A DNA stretch of 64,000 bases from a virus: positions 32,001-96,000 of IMG/VR virus record IMGVR_UViG_3300021964_000018; one strand, written 5' to 3'. The notes under the pieces were generated by a model, which was not told the DNA's origin, did no database searches, and saw only the letters and a list, made by a program, of their open reading frames with translations. The translations under genes and the position numbers were made by a program. Below are positions 1-8,960 of the stretch, piece by piece (position 1 is the first letter of the stretch; each line of letters begins with the position of its first letter).

Positions 1-609
1 GAAATACCTTATCCTAAATTTGTAGCAATTCAATATGACGTTACTTTTTGGTGTCAATATATGACTCAAATGAATCAAGTTATTCAAAATATTTTTATTA
101 ACTATCGCGGGCAAGGACATGAGATACCTATTAAAACTGATGATGGTTTTGAAATGGTTGCTTTCTTTTCCGATAATATTGTTTTAGACTCTAATTTTAG
201 TTCTTTTACAGGTGAAGAAAGAATAATCAAGTATAAAACTCAAATAACAGTTAATGGTTATATGCTAAATCCTAAATCTATAAAAGGAGTACCAAATAAT
301 CTTAGGTCTTATTTTTCAGCTCCTAAGATAGATTTTGGTTATAAAGAGTTTTCAAAAGAAAGCAATATTGTTAATGTTCAAAATAGAGAAGATAAAAATA
401 AATTTATTTTAAGCGACATCAAAAATATTAATGAGTTAAAAGGGCCAGTTAAAGGAGAATCATCGGAATCTGTTGAATATTTTGTTGAAAATCCTTTTAC
501 TGGAGACAAGGAAAGAAAATTATCAAAAGTTATATCTAACAATAGGAGAACAGGTGAGTCTGTTATTTCCCCTTTAGTAATAAAGGAAATAGATAGACAA
601 TATGAATAG
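1..609 (+). CDS. Tail completion / sheath-stabiliser protein (T4 gp15-like), 5'-truncated by window edge
   Basis: Frame is open from base 1 (EIPYPKFVAIQYDVTFWCQYMTQMNQVI...ERIIKYKTQITVNGY). It lies directly upstream of the sheath genes. Confidence 0.55.
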   Translation, partial: EIPYPKFVAIQYDVTFWCQYMTQMNQVIQNIFINYRGQGHEIPIKTDDGFEMVAFFSDNIVLDSNFSSFTGEERIIKYKTQITVNGYMLNPKSIKGVPNNLRSYFSAPKIDFGYKEFSKESNIVNVQNREDKNKFILSDIKNINELKGPVKGESSESVEYFVENPFTGDKERKLSKVISNNRRTGESVISPLVIKEIDRQYE

Positions 610-661
610 TCTTTTCGTTTTTTAGTTGATAGTTATAATATGAATTTTAGGAGTTTTTAAT

Positions 662-3600
662 ATGGCAGAGAGAACCTTTAGATCCCCCGGAGTATTTGAA
701 AGAGAAATAGACTTAACTGAGAGAACAACTAGTGTTTCTGGGACTCCAGCTGGTGTTGTAGGAACCGCTGAGAAAGGACCAGCATTTGTTCCAAAAACAG
801 TTGGGTCTATAAATGAGTTTAAAAATAAGTTCGGAAAATTATCAGCAGAAAGATTTGGTCCTTATGCTGCAGAAGCATTCTTAAAAAACCAAAGTGCACT
901 GACTTATGTTAGAGTATTAGGTGCAGGTGCAAATTTAACAATTACAGATATACAAAATACAGCGGCAAAAGGAACAGTAAAAAATGCAGGTTTTCGATTA
1001 AGCGGGTCATTACCTACAGTTGCTCCAAGCGGAGAAGTAAGAGATGTTGGTGCTGTACAATTTCTTGCTGGTATTCATCAAGTTGATTCAGCTGAAGCAG
1101 CTGGTTATCCTATCTTTACTGATAATCAATCAAAAAGTCAAACTGACGTTCAATTAATTCGTTCGATGTTTTTATTAGCATCCGGTGCTAGATTAGAAGT
1201 AATGGATGAAAATGAGTTTTATCCTGCGGGAGGAAAAACTGCAAATGATTCCGCACATATTAGATCTTATGACGGGACCCCTGAAGAAGGTATGTTCAAA
1301 TTAGTTCTTTCATCTGCATTAGGGACTACATTTGGTAACGATGAAGGTAAAGCTGGTATTCGAATTTATACTGCTTCTTTAGATCCTAACAGTGTACATT
1401 ATGTTGGTAAAATATTTAACAAGAATCCAGACCGTTTTCAAGACGAACAACATCTTCTTTATGCAGATTTCCCAATGGAATCTGAAATTGCTAAAATTAA
1501 AAAAGACAGCACAAATGATGTTGTTGCTGTGGTATCCGGATCTCAAAATACATCATCAACTTCTGGAGATACGTCATTATACTTTAGAGAAATATTTGGT
1601 TCCTTTAATACAAGATATCAAACTGCTAAGTCGACATATTTTATATCTCAACCTTATGGTGATAAAGAATATGATTTATTTTATTTCGAAGCTTTAGACG
1701 ATGGCGAAGCAGGAAATCAAAGAGTTAAAATATCGATATCAAATATAAAAAGATCAACAGACTCAAATGATCCATACGGAAGCTTTACAGTTGAAGTAAG
1801 AGATTATTATGATTCAGATTTAGATCCTGTTGTATTAGAAAGATATCCTCAATGTACCTTAAATCCTGGTGATGAAAACTATATTGCTAACAAAATTGGT
1901 GATCTTAAAGAATACTACAATTTTGATGCTGAGTCTGAGTCTGAGCAAAGAATTAATGTATCAGGAAAAAGACGCAATCAATCAAATTATGTAAGAATTA
2001 TCATGTCAGCTGATGTTGAAGATGCAAAAATTCCTCAAGATGCAATACCTTTCGGATTCAGAGGATTGCCTGCATTAAAAACGTCTGATACATTAACTGA
2101 TTCTACAACAACTTTAGCTTTAGGCGCAGATCAAAAAAGATTAAGTTTTGCAGCTGGAACAATGAGTAATAACTTTTTAGAATATGCAATTGTACCTCCA
2201 GTTCCATTTACATTTAAAGCAACAAGAAATAAAGCTAATTCTACATCTACATTTACAGGTTTCCCTGGCGACTTGGAATTAGCTGATTCCAGAATTTATT
2301 GGGGTATTAAAAATTCGCGAGTTCCTGTATTAAGCAAAACGACAGATCCTTTATTAAGATCAAATGCGGCATCAGATTTAAGAAACGAACTGATCGATTC
2401 CTATAGTAAAATGTTAGGGATTGCAAAACTAGATGCTTTAGTCACTGGTTCGGCAGCAGATGAATTTCACAATAATAAGTTTACATTAGCAAAAGTTGCT
2501 TTAAATAATCAAAGCGATGCAACCGATACTCTTGAAACTGCTATTTCAACTGAAATTACAGGAACTATAGACTCACACATCAGAGAGGCTGCTTACATCA
2601 GAAATGCGTCTATTGTATCTCCTAATTATACCATTAATGATAAAGGAACATACACACGTCGTTTAACTCTCGCATCTCTAGCAGCTAGTAATTCAGCTAC
2701 TAAGTTTAATCAATTCACTAATTACCTTAAGTTTACAAATATTCTTTTTGGTGGTTTTGATGGTGTGAATATTCTTGATAAAGACCAACGTTATATCAAT
2801 GATAAAGCAAGTTCACAAGATGCAGGAGGAAAAGCAGCTGGAGACGCATTAGGTTATCAAAATTTAAAGTCTGTTTCTTCACCTGGTGCTGGTACTGAGA
2901 ATAACGCAGTTAACTCGTATCGTGCAGGTATTAAAATAATAACTGATGAATTAGAATCAAGAGTTAATATTGTATCTGTTCCAGGTATTAGAGACTCAAA
3001 CGTAACAGATTATGCAATTGACAAAGTTAAAGAGTATAGCAAAGCAATTTATTTAATGGATATTGCAAACTATGATTCTAGTACTAGTCGTCTTTATGAT
3101 GATTCTACAAATAGACCTAGCGTTAGAAAGACGATTGAGCAATTTGAAGGAAGAAATATTGATAACAACTATGTTGCAACATATTTTCCTGATATTATTA
3201 AACTATATGCACAAGAAGATGGAGGTACAGTTAATTTACCTGCTTCTATTGCGGCGTTAGGTGCTTTAGGATATAATGATGCAGTTTCATTTCCTTGGTT
3301 TGCACCAGCTGGTTTTAATCGAGGTGGTTTAGAAAACGTTATTAATACAAAAGTAAGATTAAATACTGAGGATCGTAATTTACTTTATGAATCTAGAATT
3401 AATCCAATTGCTAATTTCAATATTAATGACTTTGTAATTTTTGGACAAAAAACACTACAAAAAAGCAGATCAGCATTAGATCGAGTTAATGTAAGAAGAA
3501 TGTTATTGGAAGTCAAGAGAATTGTTTCAAATGCAGCAAACAATATTATTTTCGAACAAAATGTAAAAGCTACTAGAGATGGCTTTGTATCGGTGGTGAC

Positions 3601-3793
3601 ACCACAACTTGCATTAATTCAGTCCCAGCAAGGAATTGAACAATTTAGAGTTATAATGAATGATACAAATAATACTCAGGCTGATATTGAGCAAAATAAA
3701 CTAAACGGAAGAATTGTTTTGGTTCCAACAAGAGCGGTTGAGTTCATTGCACTAGACTTTATTATAACAAATTCAGGTGTAAGTTTTGAATAG
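662..3793 (+). CDS. Contractile tail sheath protein, paralogue 1
   Basis: N-term SPGVFEREID...GTAEKGPAFVP; C-term WFAPAGFNRG, INPI, FGQKTLQ, LDRVNVRRML, PTRAVEFIALDF are phage sheath hallmarks. Confidence 0.95.
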   Translation: MAERTFRSPGVFEREIDLTERTTSVSGTPAGVVGTAEKGPAFVPKTVGSINEFKNKFGKLSAERFGPYAAEAFLKNQSALTYVRVLGAGANLTITDIQNTAAKGTVKNAGFRLSGSLPTVAPSGEVRDVGAVQFLAGIHQVDSAEAAGYPIFTDNQSKSQTDVQLIRSMFLLASGARLEVMDENEFYPAGGKTANDSAHIRSYDGTPEEGMFKLVLSSALGTTFGNDEGKAGIRIYTASLDPNSVHYVGKIFNKNPDRFQDEQHLLYADFPMESEIAKIKKDSTNDVVAVVSGSQNTSSTSGDTSLYFREIFGSFNTRYQTAKSTYFISQPYGDKEYDLFYFEALDDGEAGNQRVKISISNIKRSTDSNDPYGSFTVEVRDYYDSDLDPVVLERYPQCTLNPGDENYIANKIGDLKEYYNFDAESESEQRINVSGKRRNQSNYVRIIMSADVEDAKIPQDAIPFGFRGLPALKTSDTLTDSTTTLALGADQKRLSFAAGTMSNNFLEYAIVPPVPFTFKATRNKANSTSTFTGFPGDLELADSRIYWGIKNSRVPVLSKTTDPLLRSNAASDLRNELIDSYSKMLGIAKLDALVTGSAADEFHNNKFTLAKVALNNQSDATDTLETAISTEITGTIDSHIREAAYIRNASIVSPNYTINDKGTYTRRLTLASLAASNSATKFNQFTNYLKFTNILFGGFDGVNILDKDQRYINDKASSQDAGGKAAGDALGYQNLKSVSSPGAGTENNAVNSYRAGIKIITDELESRVNIVSVPGIRDSNVTDYAIDKVKEYSKAIYLMDIANYDSSTSRLYDDSTNRPSVRKTIEQFEGRNIDNNYVATYFPDIIKLYAQEDGGTVNLPASIAALGALGYNDAVSFPWFAPAGFNRGGLENVINTKVRLNTEDRNLLYESRINPIANFNINDFVIFGQKTLQKSRSALDRVNVRRMLLEVKRIVSNAANNIIFEQNVKATRDGFVSVVTPQLALIQSQQGIEQFRVIMNDTNNTQADIEQNKLNGRIVLVPTRAVEFIALDFIITNSGVSFE

Positions 3794-3827
3794 ATATAAT
3801 TATGAATATGAATCATGGAGACAATAA

Positions 3828-6800
3828 ATGGCAGAGTTAACATTTAAATCAGCTGGCGTTAGCACAAGAGAAATAGATTTATCCCAACCTTCTGTTTCCT
3901 CACCTTCTGGAGTACCTGCAGGGGTAATTGGAACAGCTAATCAAGGACCTGCTTTTGTACCCATAACTGTTGGAAACTTTAATGATTTTACAACTCTTTT
4001 TGGTGCAACTGACGGTGCTAAATTTGGCCCTTTAGCAGTTAATGAATGGCTTAAAAATGCAGGTTCTGCCACTTTCGTTAGAGTTTTAGGCGCAGGAAAT
4101 GGTCAACAAAGAAATACCACAACAGGTATCGTAACAAATGCAGGTTATTTTGTAGGTGATAGAAATCTTCAATTAAACGGTACAATTGGAAACAACCCTT
4201 ATGCAAATTCAGGTGCAGGAGCAGTAAAAGGAAGAACTTACTTCTTAGGCTGCTTTATGTCAGAATCAAATGGTTCAACAATATTTTCAGATGCTGGAAT
4301 ACAAGTTAATAATGCGTTTGCATCTACAACATTAACAATTGGAAATGATACAACTTCGACTAATCTTCTTGCTGAAAATGATACATTAACATTAATAGAT
4401 GCAACAGGAACATCAAAAACTTTTGAGTTTCTTGACAATGGAAGCTCTGCAACTGGCGATAATATTGCAGTCGAATCAGCTGCTGCAGTTACAGCTGATA
4501 CTGGTGTAACGCTGGCTACAACTTTAAGTACAGTAATTTCATCAAACTTATCAATATCAGTTGATCGTACAGATAATGTATTAACGCTTACACAAAATAT
4601 CTTTGGTCCAATTGGCAATACCTCATATTCAGATAGTGTTGCAGGCGAAGATAATCTAACAGGGTCTAATTTTTCTGGTGGCGCTGGAGGCGCTGCTCCT
4701 ATTCTTCGTGGTGTTCTTCTTGCACCAAGTGGAGTTATTCTTCATCTTAGCGGAAACTCAGCAGCAAATGGTTCTGATGCACCAGGTACTTCAGATACAG
4801 CAGCATCTGCGGCTGGCGTCATCATGGGAAGAGAAGGTTCTTTAACCGGGTCTATTGATTTAAGATCTGGAAAAGAAGAATTTGTCATGCTTTTAAATGG
4901 TCATAAAAATACGTCAGCATATCCTAATGTTTTGACTGCATCTTTTGACCCTATTGCACCTAACTACCTAACACGTGTTTTAAATACTGATCCTTTAAAA
5001 CTTGAAAAAGCAGGGCATTTACTTTATAATCACTATCCACTTCATGGTAATGTTGCAACGATTACAGGATCAGGAGTCGTTTCTGCAGGGCATTTTTCAA
5101 AAGGTTCAGCACTTGGTAATCATGAAGATATCGCATTTTTGTTGTCATCTTCTTTAGGGAGAGCTGCAGCAACAGATGGAAGCATACCTGATTATGAAGA
5201 TTTTCAAGATAGATTCTCTCATGCTGAAACTCCATATGTAATATCACAGAAATTTGGTAATCGTCCTTATAATCTATTTAAAATTGTTGCTTTAAGTGCA
5301 GGTGCAGGATTTGCTGATGATTTTAAATTTTCAATTACAAATATTGTTAGATCAACTTCAAATGTTAATAAATTTGGTAAATTTGATCTCTTGGTCAGAA
5401 AAGGCGGAGATAATGATGACGAACAAGTAGTTTTAGAATCATTTAGAGGATTAGATCTAGATCCGGATTCAGTTAATTATATCGGTAGAAGAATTGGTGA
5501 TCAATACGCAAAATTTGATTTTGATACTTCTTTAGATTCTCAAAAAATCGTTGTTGAAGGAACACATCCAGTTCTTTCTAGATACATAAGAGTGCAAATT
5601 CACCCAGATGTTGCTAATAGAAATATTCCTGATGAATCTTTACCTGTTGGTTATCGAGGACCAAAACACTTAGTAACGTCAGGTTCTTTATTATCTGGTG
5701 AATCTGATGGTCTTTATTCTTCAACTGATCTATTACAAAGAATTATTGAGCCTCCTGTACCTTATCGAGAAAATATAACTTTAGGTACCGGAATCAACAA
5801 AAAGGTTAATTCAAATCTTTTCTGGGGTGCTCAATCAACATTAAAAATTAATGCAACACAACCTAACTTAATTACAACTAATGACGCATTAGCTTCTTTA
5901 ACTCCTGTCACACAAAATTATCAGGTACATTTTCCAACGCATCGAAAAGATACAACTGCAGTTTTTGTAGGTGATAATGAAGGCGCTGCTAATGTTAACG
6001 GTTCTGTTTTAGACGCAGATTTGTTTAACTATAATAAGTTTAGTTTGGAAAATATTCAAGTTAGAACCGGTTCCAATTCAGATGCAACGCAAACAGCAGC
6101 GGATTCTGAATATTGGGTTAGTGCTTCTTATGTAAGAGATGGTGTGATCGCTGTCAATGCTACTAATAAAACTCGTGCATTCAAGGTAGAAGATTTAGAC
6201 GTAGTAGCAAATAGAAAGTTTGCTAAGTTTACATTCTTTGCACAAGGTGGTTTTGATGGAGTTAATATATTCAATCAAGAAAAAGCTAACTTATCAAATA
6301 ACGCTGCCAAATATGAAATTGATGATTCGACAAATCAAGGTGGAACTTCAGGACCTACAATTGCAGCATATAGAAAAGCAGTTGATATTATGGGTTCAAC
6401 TTCAGATACAAATATTCAATTATTAGCAATACCAGGAATTAGAAACTCTGTTATTACAGATTATGCAATTTCAGCAGTTGAAAATAGATTTGATTGTTTA
6501 TACTTAATGGACATTGAAGAAAGAGATCAGGTTAACTCTGTGATTACATCTTCAGTTCAAACACCTCACGTTAAAAATACAATTAACAGCTTTAAAGATA
6601 GAAACCTTAATACATCTTTTGCAGCTGCATATTTCCCTGACGTTACCATAACAGATCCTGGTACAAATACATTTGTAAGTGTTCCTCCGTCAGTCGCAGT
6701 ATTAGGAGGTTATTCATTCAATGACAAAGTATCAGCGCCATGGAACGCCCCCGCTGGAAAAAGTAGAGGCGCTTTAAATGCTGTGGAAACAACATCGGTT

Positions 6801-7235
6801 AAATTAAATCGATCAAACCTTGATGATTTGTATGATGCAGATATTAATCCGATCACTTCTTTTCCTGGTACTAATGTTATTATATGGGGACAAAAAACAT
6901 TACTCTCGAATGATTCTGCATTGGACAGAGTTAATGTTAGAAGATTACTTATAAGTGTTAGAAGATCAATTAGAACTATTGCTAATTCTCTCTTGTTTGA
7001 ACCAAATAGAGAATCAACATTGAGTAAATTTAGTGCTTTAGTTGAGCCGGTTCTTCAAAATGTTCAAGAAAGAAATGGTGTTTCAAGATATAAGGTGGTA
7101 ATTGATTCTACTACTACAACACAAGCTGATATTGAAAATAATACAATAAGAGGCAAAATATATCTTCAACCTACAAGAACAGTTGAGTTTGTTGCTTTAG
7201 ATTTTGTTGTTACAAATTCTGGTGCAGAAATTTAA
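3828..7235 (+). CDS. Contractile tail sheath protein, paralogue 2
   Basis: SAGVSTREID, GPAFVP, WNAPAG.RG, INPI, WGQKTL, LDRVNVRRLL, PTRTVEFVALDF. Confidence 0.95.
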   Translation: MAELTFKSAGVSTREIDLSQPSVSSPSGVPAGVIGTANQGPAFVPITVGNFNDFTTLFGATDGAKFGPLAVNEWLKNAGSATFVRVLGAGNGQQRNTTTGIVTNAGYFVGDRNLQLNGTIGNNPYANSGAGAVKGRTYFLGCFMSESNGSTIFSDAGIQVNNAFASTTLTIGNDTTSTNLLAENDTLTLIDATGTSKTFEFLDNGSSATGDNIAVESAAAVTADTGVTLATTLSTVISSNLSISVDRTDNVLTLTQNIFGPIGNTSYSDSVAGEDNLTGSNFSGGAGGAAPILRGVLLAPSGVILHLSGNSAANGSDAPGTSDTAASAAGVIMGREGSLTGSIDLRSGKEEFVMLLNGHKNTSAYPNVLTASFDPIAPNYLTRVLNTDPLKLEKAGHLLYNHYPLHGNVATITGSGVVSAGHFSKGSALGNHEDIAFLLSSSLGRAAATDGSIPDYEDFQDRFSHAETPYVISQKFGNRPYNLFKIVALSAGAGFADDFKFSITNIVRSTSNVNKFGKFDLLVRKGGDNDDEQVVLESFRGLDLDPDSVNYIGRRIGDQYAKFDFDTSLDSQKIVVEGTHPVLSRYIRVQIHPDVANRNIPDESLPVGYRGPKHLVTSGSLLSGESDGLYSSTDLLQRIIEPPVPYRENITLGTGINKKVNSNLFWGAQSTLKINATQPNLITTNDALASLTPVTQNYQVHFPTHRKDTTAVFVGDNEGAANVNGSVLDADLFNYNKFSLENIQVRTGSNSDATQTAADSEYWVSASYVRDGVIAVNATNKTRAFKVEDLDVVANRKFAKFTFFAQGGFDGVNIFNQEKANLSNNAAKYEIDDSTNQGGTSGPTIAAYRKAVDIMGSTSDTNIQLLAIPGIRNSVITDYAISAVENRFDCLYLMDIEERDQVNSVITSSVQTPHVKNTINSFKDRNLNTSFAAAYFPDVTITDPGTNTFVSVPPSVAVLGGYSFNDKVSAPWNAPAGKSRGALNAVETTSVKLNRSNLDDLYDADINPITSFPGTNVIIWGQKTLLSNDSALDRVNVRRLLISVRRSIRTIANSLLFEPNRESTLSKFSALVEPVLQNVQERNGVSRYKVVIDSTTTTQADIENNTIRGKIYLQPTRTVEFVALDFVVTNSGAEI

Positions 7236-7275
7236 AATAAGATATATATATTTATAAACTGATAAGGAGATAGAA

Positions 7276-7767
7276 ATGGCAGAAACGCTTTCAGTAACAG
7301 ACTTACTTCCCAATAAATTCGAACCAAAAAGACAGTATCGATGGGTTCTTGCAATTGAAGGAATTGACAGCTTTTTAATTAAATCAGCAGCTAGACCTAG
7401 TATTACTTTAGCTCAAGAAGAAATTAAGTATATTAACAGCTATAGAAAAATTGGCGGAAGAGTAACGTTTGGTAATATGTCTGTTACACTTCATGATCCA
7501 ATTGCTCCATCTGGGGCACAGCAAGTAATGGAATGGGTAAGAACTCATTACGAATCTGTTTCAGGACGTGCAGGTTATGTTGACTTTTACAAAAGAGATA
7601 TACAGATAAAAATGCTTGATCCAGTAGGAACTGTTATAGAATTATGGGATATTAAAGGTGCATTCTTGTCTAATGCTAATTTTAATCAACTCACCTATAC
7701 GGGTGGTGAAACTCCAATGGAGATATCTTTGACAATTGAATTTGACAATTGTGTATTGCAATTCTAA
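7276..7767 (+). CDS. Tail tube protein (T4 gp19-like)
   Basis: 163 aa following the sheaths; FEPKRQYRW, VMEW, YKRDIQIKMLDPVG.VIELW.IKGAF, ISLTIEFD. Confidence 0.9.
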   Translation: MAETLSVTDLLPNKFEPKRQYRWVLAIEGIDSFLIKSAARPSITLAQEEIKYINSYRKIGGRVTFGNMSVTLHDPIAPSGAQQVMEWVRTHYESVSGRAGYVDFYKRDIQIKMLDPVGTVIELWDIKGAFLSNANFNQLTYTGGETPMEISLTIEFDNCVLQF

Positions 7768-7784
7768 AATAATTTTTAAAATAT

Positions 7785-7813
7785 TTTACAGACAATATGT
7801 AATTCCATACAAT
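7785..7813 (+). promoter_or_regulatory. Sigma70-like promoter TTTACA-N17-TACAAT
   Basis: TTTACA 7785-7790, 17-nt spacer, TACAAT 7808-7813, upstream of the GGAG RBS of 7843. Confidence 0.45.
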
Positions 7814-7831
7814 TAGTATGGAATTTTTTTT
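7801..7831 (+). terminator. Intrinsic terminator after tail tube gene
   Basis: Inverted repeat aattccatac-aatta-gtatggaatt followed by a T run. Confidence 0.65.
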
Positions 7832-7842
7832 ATGGAGAATTA

Positions 7843-8670
7843 ATGTCGTCAGATGTTCTAAACACAGAAGTAGCACAGCATGTAATGAAAAACAATATCA
7901 TGAAAGATGATTTTGGATGGGAAGTACCTGTTGAATCTGTTCCTTTACCTTCAAAGGGAGTTATATATTCACCTAATTCTATTTTGCATGGTAAAGAAAC
8001 TCTTCAAATAAAAGCAATGACTGCGCAAGAAGAAGATATTCTTATGTCTCCTGCTTTAGCTAAGGATGGGAGTACAATTATTCATTTAATTAAGTCATGT
8101 TTAATTGATAAATCAATTGATGTAAATGAATTAATAGCAGGTGATAGAAATGCTTTAATGATATCAATACGCGTAACAGGATATGGTACACATTATCCGA
8201 TCAATATTAATTGTGAAAACTGCAGTAAATTAAATGAAGTTGATGTTGATTTATCTACATTGGAAATTAAAAGACTTAATATTTCACCTATTGAAATAGG
8301 GAAAAATGAGTTTAGTTTCGATTTGCCTGTGATGAAAAAGCAAGTTATTTTTAAGTATTTAAACGCAAATGATGATAAAAATAGGCAGGCAAAAGTTGAT
8401 TTTATTGAAAAGCACTCACAAGGTTTAAGAACCAATAACGTAACTTCATTTTTAGAAGAATCAATTGTATCTATTGATGGTATTAAAGACAAAAACAAAA
8501 TTGTTCATTTTGTTAAAAACATGCCAGCATTTGATTCAAAGTCTTTGAGAAAATATATCAATGAAAATGCGCCAGGCATTAACATGAAGCAAGAGTGCAC
8601 TTGTAGTTATTGCGGTCATAAAAACGAATTTAATCTTCCAATTAATTCTAATTTTTTTTGGCCTAGATAG
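7843..8670 (+). CDS. Baseplate hub assembly / tail assembly chaperone (T4 gp26-like), short form
   Basis: VPLPSKG..Y, MTAQEEDIL, GDRNALMISIR..GYG, two CxxC pairs, ends NFFWPR; sits between tube and tape measure. Confidence 0.8.
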   Translation: MSSDVLNTEVAQHVMKNNIMKDDFGWEVPVESVPLPSKGVIYSPNSILHGKETLQIKAMTAQEEDILMSPALAKDGSTIIHLIKSCLIDKSIDVNELIAGDRNALMISIRVTGYGTHYPININCENCSKLNEVDVDLSTLEIKRLNISPIEIGKNEFSFDLPVMKKQVIFKYLNANDDKNRQAKVDFIEKHSQGLRTNNVTSFLEESIVSIDGIKDKNKIVHFVKNMPAFDSKSLRKYINENAPGINMKQECTCSYCGHKNEFNLPINSNFFWPR

Positions 8671-8923
8671 TAGTTTTAAAGAATTACAACTTGAACAAAT
8701 TTATATTTTAGTTAAGCATCTTGGTTTTAATTATAGAGACGCAAGATGTTTAAACGTAGCATATCGGAAATGGTTTATTGATAGATATGTAAAAGAATTA
8801 AAAGAGATAAATGAAAAAAGATCCGGCGGCAGCGACGTTAATCAAGATGTAAATAATGACAATATAAGCAACTTGCGCCAATACGAATCATTATTAAATA
8901 AAAAATTCTCAAATGATATTTAG
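8660..8923 (+). CDS. Start-less 87-aa ORF, probable frameshift extension of 7843-8670
   Basis: +1 frame after T8 (8652-8659) reads GLDSSFKELQLEQIYILVKHLGFNYRDARCLNVAYRKWFIDRYVKELKE...NDI*. It has no in-frame ATG and fills the gap before the tape measure gene. Confidence 0.7.
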   Translation, partial: GLDSSFKELQLEQIYILVKHLGFNYRDARCLNVAYRKWFIDRYVKELKEINEKRSGGSDVNQDVNNDNISNLRQYESLLNKKFSNDI

Positions 8924-8960
8924 TAATATATTATTTGTATTTATCAAGAGGTTTTAAGAT

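Noticed and set aside
8652-8670. Canonical -1 frameshift at T TTT TTT
   Set aside because: The -1 frame hits TAG after two codons; only the +1/-2 frame is open.
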